A stretch of 60,043 nucleotides of DNA, filler included, from Hausera hauseri (taxonomy: Eukaryota), in assembly GCA_046269625.1 (NCBI GenBank). It is 10 parts of 10 records of this genome, joined end to end, with 100 filler letters (N's around TTAATTAATTAA, not from the genome) between each part and the next. Parts side by side here need not be neighbours in the genome. Positions count along the whole stretch, not along the records: positions 1 to 4,343 come from JBJURY010626330.1; positions 4,444 to 10,775 come from JBJURY010112098.1; positions 10,876 to 16,431 come from JBJURY010231406.1; 7 more parts are not named here. The stretch is one strand, 5' to 3'. The translations under genes and the position numbers were made by a program. How positions within the stretch are numbered: the stretch's first letter is position 1; each line of letters starts with the position of its first letter. Below are positions 1 to 13,439 of the stretch, one piece after another. A model generated the notes under the pieces. The model saw nothing but the letters and a program-made list of their open reading frames with translations. It was not told where the DNA came from and did not search any database.

Positions 1-96
1 TTCAGGCTGGGTAAACCCAAGGTCCTGCGGCTAGAATTGAACCCGATCCACTTGACTCAGCAGCTGAGTGCACTAACCACTCGGCCTCCATGGACC
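1..96 (-). repeat. tRNA-derived SINE-like head (degenerate)
   Basis: Reverse strand reads ggccgagtggttag (A-box-like) ... gggttcaattc (B-box-like); no clean cloverleaf. Confidence 0.45.
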
Positions 97-1758
97 AGTT
101 TTTTTCACAAACACAATTACAAATTACAAACACAAAATATATACATGAAGTTTTGGTTTTGAATCCAAAATATAAATATACAGTTTGGATTTCAGTTCTA
201 AAACACACACTGGGCTTCAATCTACAATATACACAAAATGTTGCGATTTTAAACCTGAAATATAAATTAAAATTTAGATTTAACATCAAAAACAGACACA
301 CTAACGACCACCCAAATATTAATTAGGGTTGGTTGACTTATGAAAGGAGTAACTGAGTAAATGAAGTTTTCTATACTGTTCTGGGGTAGGGTAAGGAGTA
401 GAACCCCAACCTTTCAATGAATGGCAAGCATCTAGCTGCTGGGCCAATCATGTGTTCATTTTAAAAACTGGAAACAAGAGACCATGGGTTTCTTATGTCA
501 CTTGGCGCAACTATCCCTCCTATTCTGATATGACCAAATCATCAAAATCCTGGAACTGGTTCACTTAAATATTGGGATCACTTTCTTTAGTTATCTATGC
601 AAGTCTCCATGAGACTGATATTTTTATGTGGAGTAAAAGGGAATGAGAAAGCATATCAATGATGGACACAACAAACATTGTGTTAGCCTTGTGACAGAAA
701 TGAATTATATGTATTAAAAAAAGACCTAAGGAAGTGTATATTCAAAGTAAGGACCAGAAGGACTTAAAATCAACAAGTTTTTGGGATGGTGAACAGAAGC
801 GCACTTCAGTGCCTTTTGGAATGGAAATGAGAAATACCTTTTAACCTACATTGGAACTGCAATATATAGATTTTATTATATTTTCATATTTTTCTAAATA
901 AATAATTATAAATGAATTTAAAAATGTGCCTTTAATTTAAAAATGAAATAACAAATTTAAACAAAGTAAACTCTCCGAACTTATTTGTGAAACCATGTAT
1001 ATGGCGGTACAATGTTTTCTGAGCTACATAGTTTTATAATGAAATCATCTGTATTGTTTATCAATATTTTTTAAAAACCCATATTTTATAATCTGTACAT
1101 TATGACACAATTTTTTAAATATTATGTTAAATATCAGTTATTTTAACTCAACAATTTGTAAATTTGAGTACATTATGTATTATGATGGTCAAAAAGTTAG
1201 GATAAAGTTACAAAAATATTCTTCAATAATTTTATTAAAATTTACGAGTCTCATAATAGTAAAACTAAGCATGCATATAAAACGGGTAAATTGGGTCGGT
1301 TTTGGACCTCTGAACTATATTTTCTGACGAGAACTGCTTTTATAAGATCTCAGTGAAGAAATCAAAGCGCTCCTCTTCAGTGGACTAGTTAAATTCATGC
1401 ATTATTGAGATGTTTTGAATCAGAGTTTTGTATCATGAATCCATTCTCTCATCAGTAAGTCTTCTGGGAGAAGACAAAAATTGTTTCACTATATTTTCTT
1501 CAGAAAACATAATATTTTAAAACAACTTTAAAATTTTCCTACATTGGAGCATATATACCAGATGATAAGCAAGTAAATTTCAATCAGTTCGCAGCTAATG
1601 TTAGGTAGTTACCATTTTTACCGAAACGTTTTGAAAGAGTTGGATTTGAATGACAGATAAGCTACAAATCGAGTTTAACACACACATTTGATTTTGCATA
1701 TTATCTGTTTGCCATGTTGTGCAGCGAGTAATTACAGATGATTTAATGTAAAAATGTA

Positions 1759-3040
1759 TGTGGTAAGGCCGAAAAGTCCTTAGACACGCATAGAAATACA
1801 ACAGCTAGAACAACCAAATTTTACATTTGAAATAAGGCAACTATATAGGTCTCATTTCTCAACATAGTTTTCATTAGCCTCGACGCACTTCCTCCAGCGC
1901 TCAACCATGCATTTGAATCCCAATTTGTAGAAAATTTTCCCTTTTTCGGGGAGATATTTTGCCACGTTTTCTTTGAGTTCCTCTTTTGATTCAAACATCT
2001 GGCCCAGAAAGTGCTTCTTCAGGTCATTGAACAATCAGAAATCATTAGGGGCTAGATCTGGACTGTATGGTGGGTGATCCAACTGTACAACTCCAGCTTT
2101 CGCGATCGCTTATTGCGTTCGGTGTGATGAGTGGACAGGAGCGTTATCATGCCGCAAATATAAGTCCTGCTTGTACGGCTTTCATCGTATAGTCCTGACC
2201 TCATTAACTAAACTGATATAACAATCAGAATTGATGATGCCTTCAGTGAAATCAATCTTCAAAACTCCTTTGGAATCCCAAAAGACATTCAACATCACAC
2301 ATCTGCAATGCGAAGTGCCGCAGAGGATCACCTTTGGAGCTTCTCCAGTGGCATCACCCACTTCTTAGACTCTCGCTTAGAGAAGGGAATGTAGAGACTC
2401 AAATGGGTTTCATCTTCAGTAACAATACATGTTAAACACTTGGATTCAATATTATCCATGAGACGAATATTGTTTTCACATGCCGTTTTTTGCCTCTCCA
2501 TTACTTCGGCCGTCAAAAAACGTGGCACTAACCGGATACACAGCTTTCTGATGCCCAATTGCTCCAACATGCGCTAGAGAGTTATCTTACCAACATTCAG
2601 TCGTACAGAGAGTTCTGTTTGTGTAATTTTTCTCTCATTCACTACAACTGCCTTCAATTTTTCAAAATTTTCTTGTCCAATTTCTAATGGTCGTCCAGTC
2701 CTGTGTCTGTCAAAAACACTTGTGCGACCAGAGGAGAATTCATTTATTCAGTTATAAATAGTCGCCGGGCATGGTCTTTTACCGCCATAAGCATCACATA
2801 GCTGCTTAATTATTTCTTTTTTTCCACCTTCCGCAATAGTAAAAATCGTATAATACTTTGACATTCCACTTCTTCGAACATGATTTTCAAAAAATCGCGA
2901 AAAACAATAAACAGGTAGCAGTTAATTTAAACAAACCATAGATTTTTTACCTATATATGATGCTCTAATCAAGTATAAAATTTGGTTGCTATAGCTGTTT
3001 TATTTCCTTGTGAGTCTAAGGACTTTTGGGCCTTATCACG
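1759..3040 (-). mobile_element. mariner DNA transposon, full length (~1.28 kb), inactivated
   Basis: ~70-bp imperfect TIRs (tgtggtaaggccgaaaagtccttag.../...ctaaggacttttgggccttatcacg) flanked by TA. Fragmented transposase with RLVPRFLT, IVTEDET, HPPYSPDLAP and ERWRKCVE motifs. Confidence 0.92.
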
Positions 3041-3148
3041 TACTCTTGTGGATGTAACGATGGGTCAATAAGCAACATTTAATCGACTGCTGAACATGAT
3101 TCTGTTAACTAATGACAGTTTGTTTAAGTCACTTTACAAGTACACATA

Positions 3149-4010
3149 CGAGGGTCTTTCAATAAGTTTTTGCTCTCATATAGAAATAGTTAAGTCAACT
3201 AAAATTTTATAACATGTGTCCATGTCTTATGAGATTAATTTAAAAATCTTCTTTTCCTGGGTGGAAGAATTTAGGAGATATCAGATTCAAAATGAGTAAA
3301 AGTGAATGTATTACAAAAAGTTAATACAGAGCTGTGATCAAGTTTTTCCACCTAAACGGAGAATTATGATGAAGTGAAACCTGTATATGATGATAATTGT
3401 CCATCCTTTAGAATTATTAAAACATGAAAGAGACATCTCAAATATGGACGCACAAGCCCAGAGGACTAGCCAAAAGAAAGCAGACCATGTTCGGCAGTTG
3501 ACCATGACAGTGGAAGATGTGATGATGAATGATAGAAGAATAACCATCAATTCTATTATGGCTGGAACGTGTATATCCTCTAGGTCAATATCCACCATAT
3601 TGTGTGATCATCTGCACCTCTGTAAGGTTTCAGCAGGGTGGGTTCCATGGTTACTGACTCCTTTCTAAAAACTGCAACTCGTTGATTGTGCAGCCACAAT
3701 GTTAGCCCTTTGTGAAGACAATGAAGAGGGATTTTTTGATCGTCTAGTGACGATGGATAAATTTTTGGTCTACTACTTTGATTCAGAGACCAAAATTATG
3801 AACAAAGAATGGAAGAACTATGATTCTCTACCCCCAAAAGGGATCATGTGTAACCATTTGCAAAGAAGGTCATGCTGTCAGTTTTCTGGGATTATAGTGA
3901 CGTAATCCTCACTGAATACTGCAGACTATTTCAGGGGTCTGTTGATAAAACTTCGTGAGGTTCTGAAGGAGAAGCGTCGTGGAAAACTTACCAAAGGCAT
4001 CGATCTTTTT
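3149..4010 (+). mobile_element. mariner transposon, second family, 3'-truncated and degenerate
   Basis: TA-CGAGGGT TIR start; fragments KVSAGWVPWLLT, RLVTMDK, LKEKRRGKL. Confidence 0.85.
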
Positions 4011-4343
4011 ATTGACATGTGCCGATCGATAGTGCATCCGGAGCACTACCGATCCAAAAAGTGCCCAGNNNNNNNNNNAACGGTGCCGCTAGGCACCGTT
4101 GCTAAGCACATTTTTGCACTTTTCACTTATCGATCGCTGCACAGTGCAGTATTGATCGAATCGATCGGGGCAAAATGCTAATTGATAGAGCACATCGAGG
4201 TGCATCGATTGGTGCACATTGCAAGTGTGCAGCACATGTGCAACTGTGCAAAAATCAATAATATTGGATTTTCGAAAATCAAAAATCGATCATGAGGGTT
4301 CGGGACCGGGTGCAAGCGGTAGTGCACTTGATGTTGTATGTGA

Positions 4344-4443
4344 NNNNNNNNNNNNNNNNNNNNNNNNNNNNNNNNNNNNNNNNNNNNTTAATTAATTAAN
4401 NNNNNNNNNNNNNNNNNNNNNNNNNNNNNNNNNNNNNNNNNNN
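4344..4443. other. artificial contig linker N44-TTAATTAATTAA-N44 (also 10776-10875, 16432-16531, 23317-23416, 27747-27846, 33978-34077, 39516-39615, 47446-47545, 52996-53095)
   Basis: Same 100-nt structure nine times; TTAATTAATTAA puts stops in all six frames. Confidence 0.98.
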
Positions 4444-4506
4444 TGAACTTAATTCCACCTTTTGTTTGTTCAAGATGCATACATACTTCAGCGATATCAC
4501 CAGATA

Positions 4507-6200
4507 TCAAACATTCTTTAATAAGATCACGTCGATTTTTGGAAAAGAACTGTTTTGATTTCTATCAACATAATCCGTTGACGTTTGGCGACCAAAATGC
4601 CGCTTGGAAAATCTCAGTGACCATCTTGAAGATACAATTAATTTCTTGCATATTCTCAACACTTCGATTTTTTCGCCAAGAATTTCATCTTTCGTTTTCG
4701 TTTTTGGTAAATATTCCGTGAAAAGACCTTTTATGATCAACTCTACAGATGCGTTGAATGTATTTATTGAACGAACCATCAAGACAACAATCGAAACAAT
4801 CTTGAAACATATGTAGGTCACAATTGTCATACAATGAAATTTCCCCTGGTTTAACTTTCATAAATTGAGTATCAGTCAATCGTCTTGGTTTAAATGTTAT
4901 TTCATTGAAAATCTCAAGTGAATGGTAATAGTTTATGGTACAAACTGCAAATGTTGATCGATAATGTAAAACGTCAGATGTGGAGCCAATACTTACATTA
5001 AATGTTTCAGCTTGAAGTATTTTACAATTTTGTCAACATGATTTTGTTCGGCTACACAAGTAAAACAGACACACCAATCCAGAAATGTGATTAAAGGATG
5101 AAAAGCCATTTTGCCCACACTTAGCTTGCTATATTATACTGTTTCGGTAACATGAAATTCATTTATGAATCGGTCGTATCTATCGGAATAGACAAGACAT
5201 TGAATTATTTGTGAAAAATTAATTATATTTGCTTCCGGATATATTTTCACACTAAACGAGAAATTTTTTTCAAGGAAAAAGCTAAATGACGTTTGCATTT
5301 TGAAAAGTTTGTCGTAACATTTAACAGTATAATTTCCCGTTTTCATTGATGTGTTTAATACGATCCGATGACCAATTTTTATTATTTGTGATGGACCTAT
5401 CACTGTAGAACAGTTTATATTGATAGACGTAATACGAAAACTATCGTAAATGTATACATCAATGAATGATGTTTCTATTCTTGGTAAATATTCTGCGGTT
5501 AGACCTTGGACAGTCACTTCTACAGATGCATTAAATTTGTAACACTTGGAAACTTTGGACAAGTCAATTAGCCAACAATCAAAACAATCTTCAAAATCAT
5601 GAAAGTTATATGTATCTTCTAATGAAATTTCCCTTGGGTTGACTTTCGTAAAATGAGAATTATTCAATTGTCTTGATTTTAATTTCGTTTGTTTGAAAAT
5701 TCTGCGATTATATGTACTGTTTCTACTGCAAATTACATTTGTTGAACGATAAAGTAACATCAGTTGTTGGAAAAATACAGACATTTAATTGTTCAGTTTG
5801 AAAGATTTTGTATGATTTTACAAAATACCCATTATCGGCAACACAGGTAAAACAGACACATGTAATGTGAAAATGAGAAAACGGTAAAAACCAATTTTGC
5901 CCGTACTTTGTTTGGTATACGATTCTGTGCCAGTGGCGTAAAATTCCTTTATCAAACGATTGTACCTCTCGGAAAAGATTAGGCATTGAACAGTTTGTGA
6001 CATTAAAATATTTTGTATCCGGATATATGCTTATGTTATAGAAAAAATCGCAATCAAGGCAAAAACTGAATTCCATTTTCATGTTAAGAAGATCTTTGAT
6101 GCACTGAACCGTGTAATTTCCAATATCCCACTTCTGACACCAATGTAGTTTCGTGGGTATCATCGAAATTAAGTGGAACAGTAAATTCCAAAACGACGAG
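4507..6200 (-). pseudogene. frameshifted gene fragment with an internal ~787-bp tandem duplication; Cys-containing, beta-rich (possibly Ig-like) domains
   Basis: Matching blocks offset by ~787 nt (4837/5624, 5056/5843, 5234/6018); repeated peptides FNASVE..GL..EYLP, GNYTV.C, CFTCVA. Confidence 0.5.
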
Positions 6201-7772
6201 AATTAGATCCAACAATGTATTTAAACTCAAAAAAAACTTCAATTTTTTGTCAATTAATCTATTAACCCATATTGTTCTATATAAATTCGTATGTACACAT
6301 AGATACATAGAAAGTTATAGACAAGCCTAGTAATGTCTTTAAAGATCTACCCACTGGTAATTATCGTTTCATTCCAATATGTAAAAAATAATGGTTCAAT
6401 GAAATCGTTTGAAGAAAAACTGTTTGATATTTTCTCCATGAAGTTCGAACATATGGATGTTAGACCTTACATCGAAGATTTTGACGATATTCTCGCAACA
6501 CGATCAATTTCATTAATTCCAACTTATTCTATTGAACACAGGTCAAAGATAAATGCTCGATTACTATATTTATTCATTCAAGGATATTTGCTCCACCAAT
6601 GGTACTTAATTTAACAGCAAACTGATTTCAATACAATGCTGATATTTCATCTCATTTCCATCTGACAACGCTGCACTTGATATTCTGAGATTACACTTAA
6701 TATATACATGCTGGGGAAAGTCCTCTCACCGATTTGCTAACCCCTCCAGTGCGACCACACTTTAAGCACTACATCAACCCCCCTGTGGCAAGATGAAGAC
6801 TATAAGGAAGAAAATTAACGGAGATTATAGTGGGAAAAGGAACTTGTACCTATTCGGTTTTGGTACGTGTTAGACGTTGGATTCCATCTATGAACTTCTC
6901 CCTGCCGTAAGTACTAAATGTCACTTGGCGTGACCTGTTAGATGTTACTGGTTCTTGTGGAGTTGTTTGAGGGAGAGATGCTGTGGATTTTGTGGTGTTT
7001 TGGAAGAATGCTTCATGAATAAGAGAAAGTGGAGAAGAAGTTGAAAAAGGAAAAGCATCACGCGAAGATGGTGAAACTGGAGATGGAAACAAATTGTGTG
7101 ATGAAGGTGAAGTCAGTGGTGAAAGAGCAGTGGACGACGAAGGAATTGAAACGAACTGCATGTGAAGCGAGAGAGATTGCTGTGACGGATAAAAAACATC
7201 AAGAAAATTAGATGATGGCTGGAGGGTAGAGAAGTTAAAGTTGGGATTTGAAACAATGCTGTTATCCTGGTCATCGTCAACAATAAATGCTGGCTTAAGA
7301 TTAGAAATGTATATATTTTGGGGGTTGTCCTTACGTAAAGTAGTAGCGGTGTGCGAAGAAAGGTTGAGTTGTTTGTAAGGGCTAAAGTATTGAGGCCGAA
7401 AACCAGAAGGTGACGGGTCCTTCAGCCATACAAACTTGGCTGAGTATAAGTCCTCTGGAATATAAGATTTGTCTTCATTTATAAGACGGCAAAAGGCGTT
7501 TGAGTTTACATCTACAAAGTGGGACTGTGCCACACGAATAACTTTATCTGACGGACTCTCATCGAGATTGGAAAGCTCAAATAGGACACGAATTGGTGTC
7601 CCAAAAAGAGCCTCAGCTGAAGCACAACCTGTGGTGGTGGATGGCCTGTTGTGCCAACCAAGTAGGACAAGAAGAAGACTTGAGGTCCAGTTACAATTGT
7701 TGTTTGTCAAGATTTTCAAGGAAATCTTCATGGTGCGGTGAAATCTCTCAAGAAGACCATTTGCTTGGGGAT

Positions 7773-8085
7773 TGTTCGCTGCGTGTGCATCCACGCCGTC
7801 CACATTGTCGCCCAGCTTAGGAGGGTTGGAAAATCACCGCCGCCTGGTATGTTTGCAGAAGCAGAATTAGATCGATTGTAGTTACTCATTGAAAAGTTAA
7901 CACTACCTCTTGAAAATTTTATTTTATCTCAAAATACTGACTTTGAAACAAATTTTCAGAAATTCCAAAATCAAATCACACTTTTAATATTTACCCTTTT
8001 AATTTTAAATTCATTGTAGAATTTTAAAATTTAAAAATGCTTTTAATTTAATTTTAGGATTTCAGTTCTCGATTATATCCTTAGA
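7773..8085. mobile_element. 313-bp solo-LTR-like insertion in the gypsy integrase
   Basis: Starts TGTTCG, ends ..TTAGA, flanked by 5-bp duplication GGGAT (7768-7772, 8086-8090). Removing it restores PYHPQAN. Confidence 0.8.
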
Positions 8086-8814
8086 GGGATGGTACGGCGT
8101 CGTATGGAAATGGGCTATCCCCAAGTGCCTTACCAGATATTTAAAAAGATCAGCTTAAAATTGCGGACCCTGGTCCGTTATGATGTGACGTGGTGAGCCA
8201 AAACGGCTGATCCATATCTTGATAAATGCATCAGCTACTGAGTCAGTGTTGGTTGATAGAAGCTAAACGGCTTCGGGTCAACGGGAAGCACGATCCATCA
8301 TGGATAAGATATATTGATAGCCGTTGTCGGATGGTAAAGGACCCACAAGATCCAAATGAACGGTTTCAAAACGAGGCGTGCAAGGGAAGTGGTAAAGTGG
8401 TGGTTTGAGATGTTTATGAACCTTATATTGCTGACATGCTGCACATCCCTTAACCCAGACCTGTGTATCTGTACGCATAGTCGGCCATAGAACATGGCGT
8501 TGCAGTAGACGGAATGTGGCTTTTGAACCCGGATGATAAAGAGAGTGAAAATGAGTGAAAGCCGTCTTTTGCAACGATGGAGCAGGGATGATTTTTATTA
8601 GTAGAATGGGATGTGTCGTAGGCGATGCCATCGATGATCTCAACAGATTTAAAACCTTGGAGAATATCAGATGATGCCTGATTATTTCTTAGAATTTTAG
8701 AAGAGAAGATTGGCTGAACTGTAATTGAATTGACCGACCGCGACAAAATGTCTGCTACTAAATTTTCGGTGCCGGAAATGTATTTCATGGAAAAGTTAAA
8801 TGTCTATAGGTATG

Positions 8815-9330
8815 ATTGTGTGATTTGTCATTTCTTTCATAAATTGTCGCATTGTCAACATTAATGCCTTCGACCAGTTTTGACTGATACAGACTTCAAA
8901 GAAATATTTTCTTTATAATCAACATCATCATAAATATCGTGATTATCGGATTGGTTCATAGAATATAAATTATTGATATTACTTATAACTTTATTAAGCG
9001 TATTAAGAGAATCAGAAGCTTCATCCACATTATCAAAAACAACATAATTCAATTTACCATCTTCATAAACATTTTGATAACACTCTGTCCGCTTAAAATT
9101 TTTTCATAACATTCCTTAGATAGTAAAACTGTATCGGATTCGTTTGAGTCCTTATTGTCAACAATACTGACTTTAATTAAACTTTGTTCATCATATATTT
9201 CACCGTCATCCATGATGCAATTAAAAAACAATCATTTTTGAACGGCTAAAAAAACTCTTGTTTAAAAATTTAAACAAAAAAAGATTTTTTATACAAATCA
9301 CCCATTGGGTGAATGTGGGCACCACAATTA
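8815..9330. mobile_element. ~515-bp AT-rich insertion of unknown class within the gypsy RNaseH-IN tether
   Basis: Interrupts ...RQEQQI / SYL.TFNFSMKYISG; short attgtg/cacaat inverted ends; acidic ORF fragments. Confidence 0.55.
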
Positions 9331-11178
9331 TATCTGTTGCTCTTGTCTGGATGATGGCTGTTTTAATGTCATGATATGAAGTAGAAGCTTGTGGTAGGTT
9401 TGGATCGTAAATTGACGTGATAGAAGCAAATGCTTGAATGCTTTACCGCTAGAACTACGGCCAGAAATTCACGATCAAATGTATAGTATCGGCTTTCCGT
9501 TTGCGTGAGCTTTTGGGAATAGAATTCCAATGGCTTATCAACACCATTGTATATTTGGTGTAATATCGCACCAGTGGTTGTGGTTGAGGAATCAGTAGTT
9601 AATATCAATTTTGCGTTTGGTTTTGGAAAAGCCAATATTTCAACGGTTTTTAGACTTTCACGTAGGCGATCAAATTAATTTACTAGATCTGGAGTCCAAT
9701 GGATTAATTGTCTTTTCTTCCCGGATGATAGGTGCGCGAAAGGTATCGTTAGCTCGGAGCAATGTGGCACGTATTTGTGTAAGAAATGCAATGTTCCTAG
9801 AAAATTCCTCATATCGCTAGTAGTAGTTGGTAACGTCACATTTTTTAATTGTTGTAAGCGATCAGGCTGGGGCAAATGATCTTCGGGAATAATTATGTGG
9901 CCTAAGAAATTGACGCGTTTCTGGAAGAAATTGCATTTGGCGAAATTGATTTGCAGGTTGCTTTGATGTAATCTTTGGAAAATAATTCTGAGGTGTTCAT
10001 GATGTTGTTTAATCGAGGTGGAAACGACTAATATGTCATCTATGTATGGGTGAGCGAAATCAAGACCAGAAAAAACGGTATCAATGTGGCCCTGAAAGGT
10101 CTGAGATACGCTACGAAGGCCGAAAGGCATGAAGATGTATCCATAAAGACCAAATGGTGTGATGACAGCAGTTTTTGGAATGTCATCGAAGACAACAGGA
10201 ATTTGATGGTAGGCCTTGTGCAGATCAATGGTAGAATAGGTGTTGGTGGTGTTAATGCTATGAAGATTATCCTTAATGAGTGGTAGTGGATAGGCATCTG
10301 TAATAATTAGATTGTTTGATTGTCTATAGTCGCCACATGGCCTATAGGTACCATCCTATTTACCACTACGTGAAGGGGAGAAACCCACGGTGAATTCGAT
10401 CTCCGAATGATGCCAGACCTTTCCAGTTTATTAAATTTCTGTTCCATAGACTTATGTCTGCGTGGCGACAAAGGTCTGACCTTTTGTTTGATAGGCCTCT
10501 GGTGCTCTGCTACGATATTGTGATAAGTTGTGGATGGAGGCTTGAAGTTGACGTCTTTTTTAACTATGCGAAAGCAAGACGTTTTAACGTATGATTTAAG
10601 ATTGCAGTCTAGAGACAAAAATGAATGAGGCATATCATTAGAAAAAACAACTCCATTAATTGACAAAAGGCAACTGGCATTGTTACTATCGACGCCAAAT
10701 TTGGATTTTTGTTTTAGAATAGATTTATGATTGTCGTTCATAATTGAAATATTACCGACTTTATCGGAAGTTTTTNNNNNNNNNNNNNNNNNNNNNNNNN
10801 NNNNNNNNNNNNNNNNNNNTTAATTAATTAANNNNNNNNNNNNNNNNNNNNNNNNNNNNNNNNNNNNNNNNNNNNTTTTTAGCGTAGTATTTTGTCGGTG
10901 TGTATTTTGTTAGTCTGCATTTGGTAGGCACACTTTCTAAACGGATGTAAAATAAGACTTTTGTGATATATCGAGGCACTTGTTTATTTTCCACAATATT
11001 CAGATTCTAATGTGTAATTGATATTCTGAAGAACTTATATCCATATAATAGTCGATAACTAATTTTTCTTAGGTTATGTATAAAATTTTGCGTCACAGAA
11101 CGATGACACACGTAAGAATTTTGGACAAATATTGTGAAATTACGCAGAACATTAACTATATAGTATAAATCTAATATA

Positions 11179-12197
11179 CGTGCTGAGACTAAAAAGTCCT
11201 TAGACTCGTATAGAAATAAAAAAGAGGGGATCCAAATGTTGCATTTATATGTAAGTAATTAAAAGATGTGTTTGACAGCGAAAGGAGCGGGAGACCAGTG
11301 GAAATCTGTTCGGAGAAAAAGGAGAAATTGAAAGAAATTGTGGCCCAGGAGAAGAAGATTACCCAAAGGAGTTGTCTCAGCGACTGAATGTGAGCAAGAG
11401 AACAGTTCAGCTTCTGTTGGAGAAATTGGGAATCAGAAAGCTGTGCAGTCGATTCGTACCACGTTTCTTAACAGCCGAAATGTTGGACATACATCAAACA
11501 GCATGTGAAAACAATCTTCGCCCGTCAGACGAGATTTGACCCAGTTTATTGGCAAATATCGTGACTGAAGATGAGACGCCATTATGTCTCTATATTCCCT
11601 ACTCCAAGCGAGAATCAAAGGAGTGGGTTTTGCCCGAGGAGAAGCTACCAAAGGTGCTCCGTTCAGCCAGATATCATAGAAAATGTGTTATGTTGAGGGT
11701 CTTTTGGGACTCCAAAGGAGTCGTGAAGGTCGATTTCACGGAGAGAATCATCAACTCTGAGTATTACATCAATCTGGTCAATGAAGTCAGGAGCCTCCGA
11801 CGCAAGCCGCGCAACCAGGACCTCTATTTGTTGCACGACAACGCTCGTGTGCACACATGGAATTGAACACAGTAGGCAATTGCAAAAAGTGGATTCGTGC
11901 TCATGGATCACCCTCCATACAGCGATTTTTGGCTGTTTCACCACCTCAAGAAACATCTGAGACCAGAGATTGGATTCCAAGGACGATCTGAAGGACAATG
12001 TGTAGAAATTTTACTAGGAAAAGGGGTTCAGATTTCTTCGAAATGGAGGTCAAAACCATAGTCGAACTAGAGAAAACGTGCGTGGGAATTATATTGAAAA
12101 ATAAAACCTTTATATGTTTGTTGTTTCAAATATAAAATTAGGTCCACGTATCAATTTTATTTCTATACTAGTCTAAGGAGTTTTTAGCCTCACCACG
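11179..12197 (+). mobile_element. mariner transposon, internally deleted, related to 1759-3040
   Basis: TA-flanked TIRs (cgtgctgagactaaaaagtccttag.../...ctaaggagtttttagcctcaccacg); IVTEDETPLCLYIP and LLHDNAR. Confidence 0.92.
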
Positions 12198-13439
12198 TAA
12201 ACATCTCCAGTAACGAAAACATTTGTAATTGAATTTTATCCTTTGTTTTCGACGGTAAACATGCACTTAAAAGTCCACCACGCATTTTAAATTTCTTGAA
12301 ATCCTCGCCAGAGCAAAATTTACAAATTTAAAATAATTTAAAACTTGCGCGCCCTAAAAATTCAAAAACATAACTGATATAAACAGGAATTTTAATAAAA
12401 CGAAAAACATTTTGAAATACAAATTGAGGAAAAATATTTTTGGCATCATTGAAATTGTTCTTTCAATATGTTATCATTTCATTTTCTTCTGCAAACTATA
12501 CTTAAGAAATTATATTTCACTTCATAAGTTGTTTCAAAATGGAATTTTTATATGAACATTTAAAATAAGATTCCTGAATTAAATATACCTTTGTTTTACT
12601 GAATCTTAAAGCATTTATTAATGTAATCATATTTCGAAAGAATAATTTCTTATTATAACAATATGGTAATTCGGTTAATTGAGTTTCTTGTAGTCATGTC
12701 ATGCTCTAAATCGCTAATTGAATTTATTACGGAGGATTTTTATTTTCGATTTCAAATTGATGACTTATGTGTTGTGTATATTGTTCGTTAATATAAATTT
12801 ATGACACTTGTTTTGACGATAGGGTACGCATTATATGGAAAATTCGCCTCCAATATAATTGAATAAATTTTTGACATGATATGGGCTTTTGGAATACCAA
12901 TTTATGAAATATCTTTCTACTTACACGATGGATAATTATGCGGTATGTTATCAACAAGAGACTTCCTTTTAATGTCTGGAAAAGAATCGGAATCTGGAGA
13001 AATACCATAGAAATATAAAAGGTCGTTGATGTGTATACACTATTTTTTCAAAACCTTCGTAACGCCTCAAAATTTTAGGGCTTTCACATTTGCAAGTATG
13101 AATTCCATTTTAAACTATTTTTATCGTATTCCGTGTCATAAAAAATTTTTATTCAAACCGCGCCATTTTATTGACTTACTAACGTTTGGGTTGAGTTCTT
13201 TCTTTAGTAGGATGAATGATTTAATAGAGTTTGATGCCTTTCTAACCATCATTCGATCATCCTGCGGCTTTCTTTCTTTTTCTTTTCTTGGTATTTTTTC
13301 TTTATATTCCTGCTATCGTAGAAATGGTAGAAACGTTCGATTTGTTGATTTTAATTATTGGAATAAGATTTAAAATTAGAAACCTAAGTAATTCCCAAAT
13401 TTTAAAACTTTACATTTTTGGAGACGAATAAATCTGTAA

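Larger units (their letters stand above)
6700..10775 (-). mobile_element. Ty3/gypsy LTR retrotransposon (CsRn1-like), RT-RNaseH-IN to PPT/3' LTR start, decayed, with two nested insertions
   Basis: MPFGL, PYIDD, TTDSS, H..YHPG..C..C, HLDLVGPLP, ANGLLERFHR; G-tract PPT followed by TGT at 6773. Confidence 0.92.

Noticed and set aside
1-450. Functional tRNA genes
   Set aside because: Only A/B-box remnants; stems do not pair.
6850-7803. 317-aa ORF as an intact gene
   Set aside because: It is the integrase C-terminus with a low-complexity tail; its start is supplied by the inserted solo LTR.
12200-13430. Possible coding remnant on the - strand
   Set aside because: No recognisable motif and many stops.
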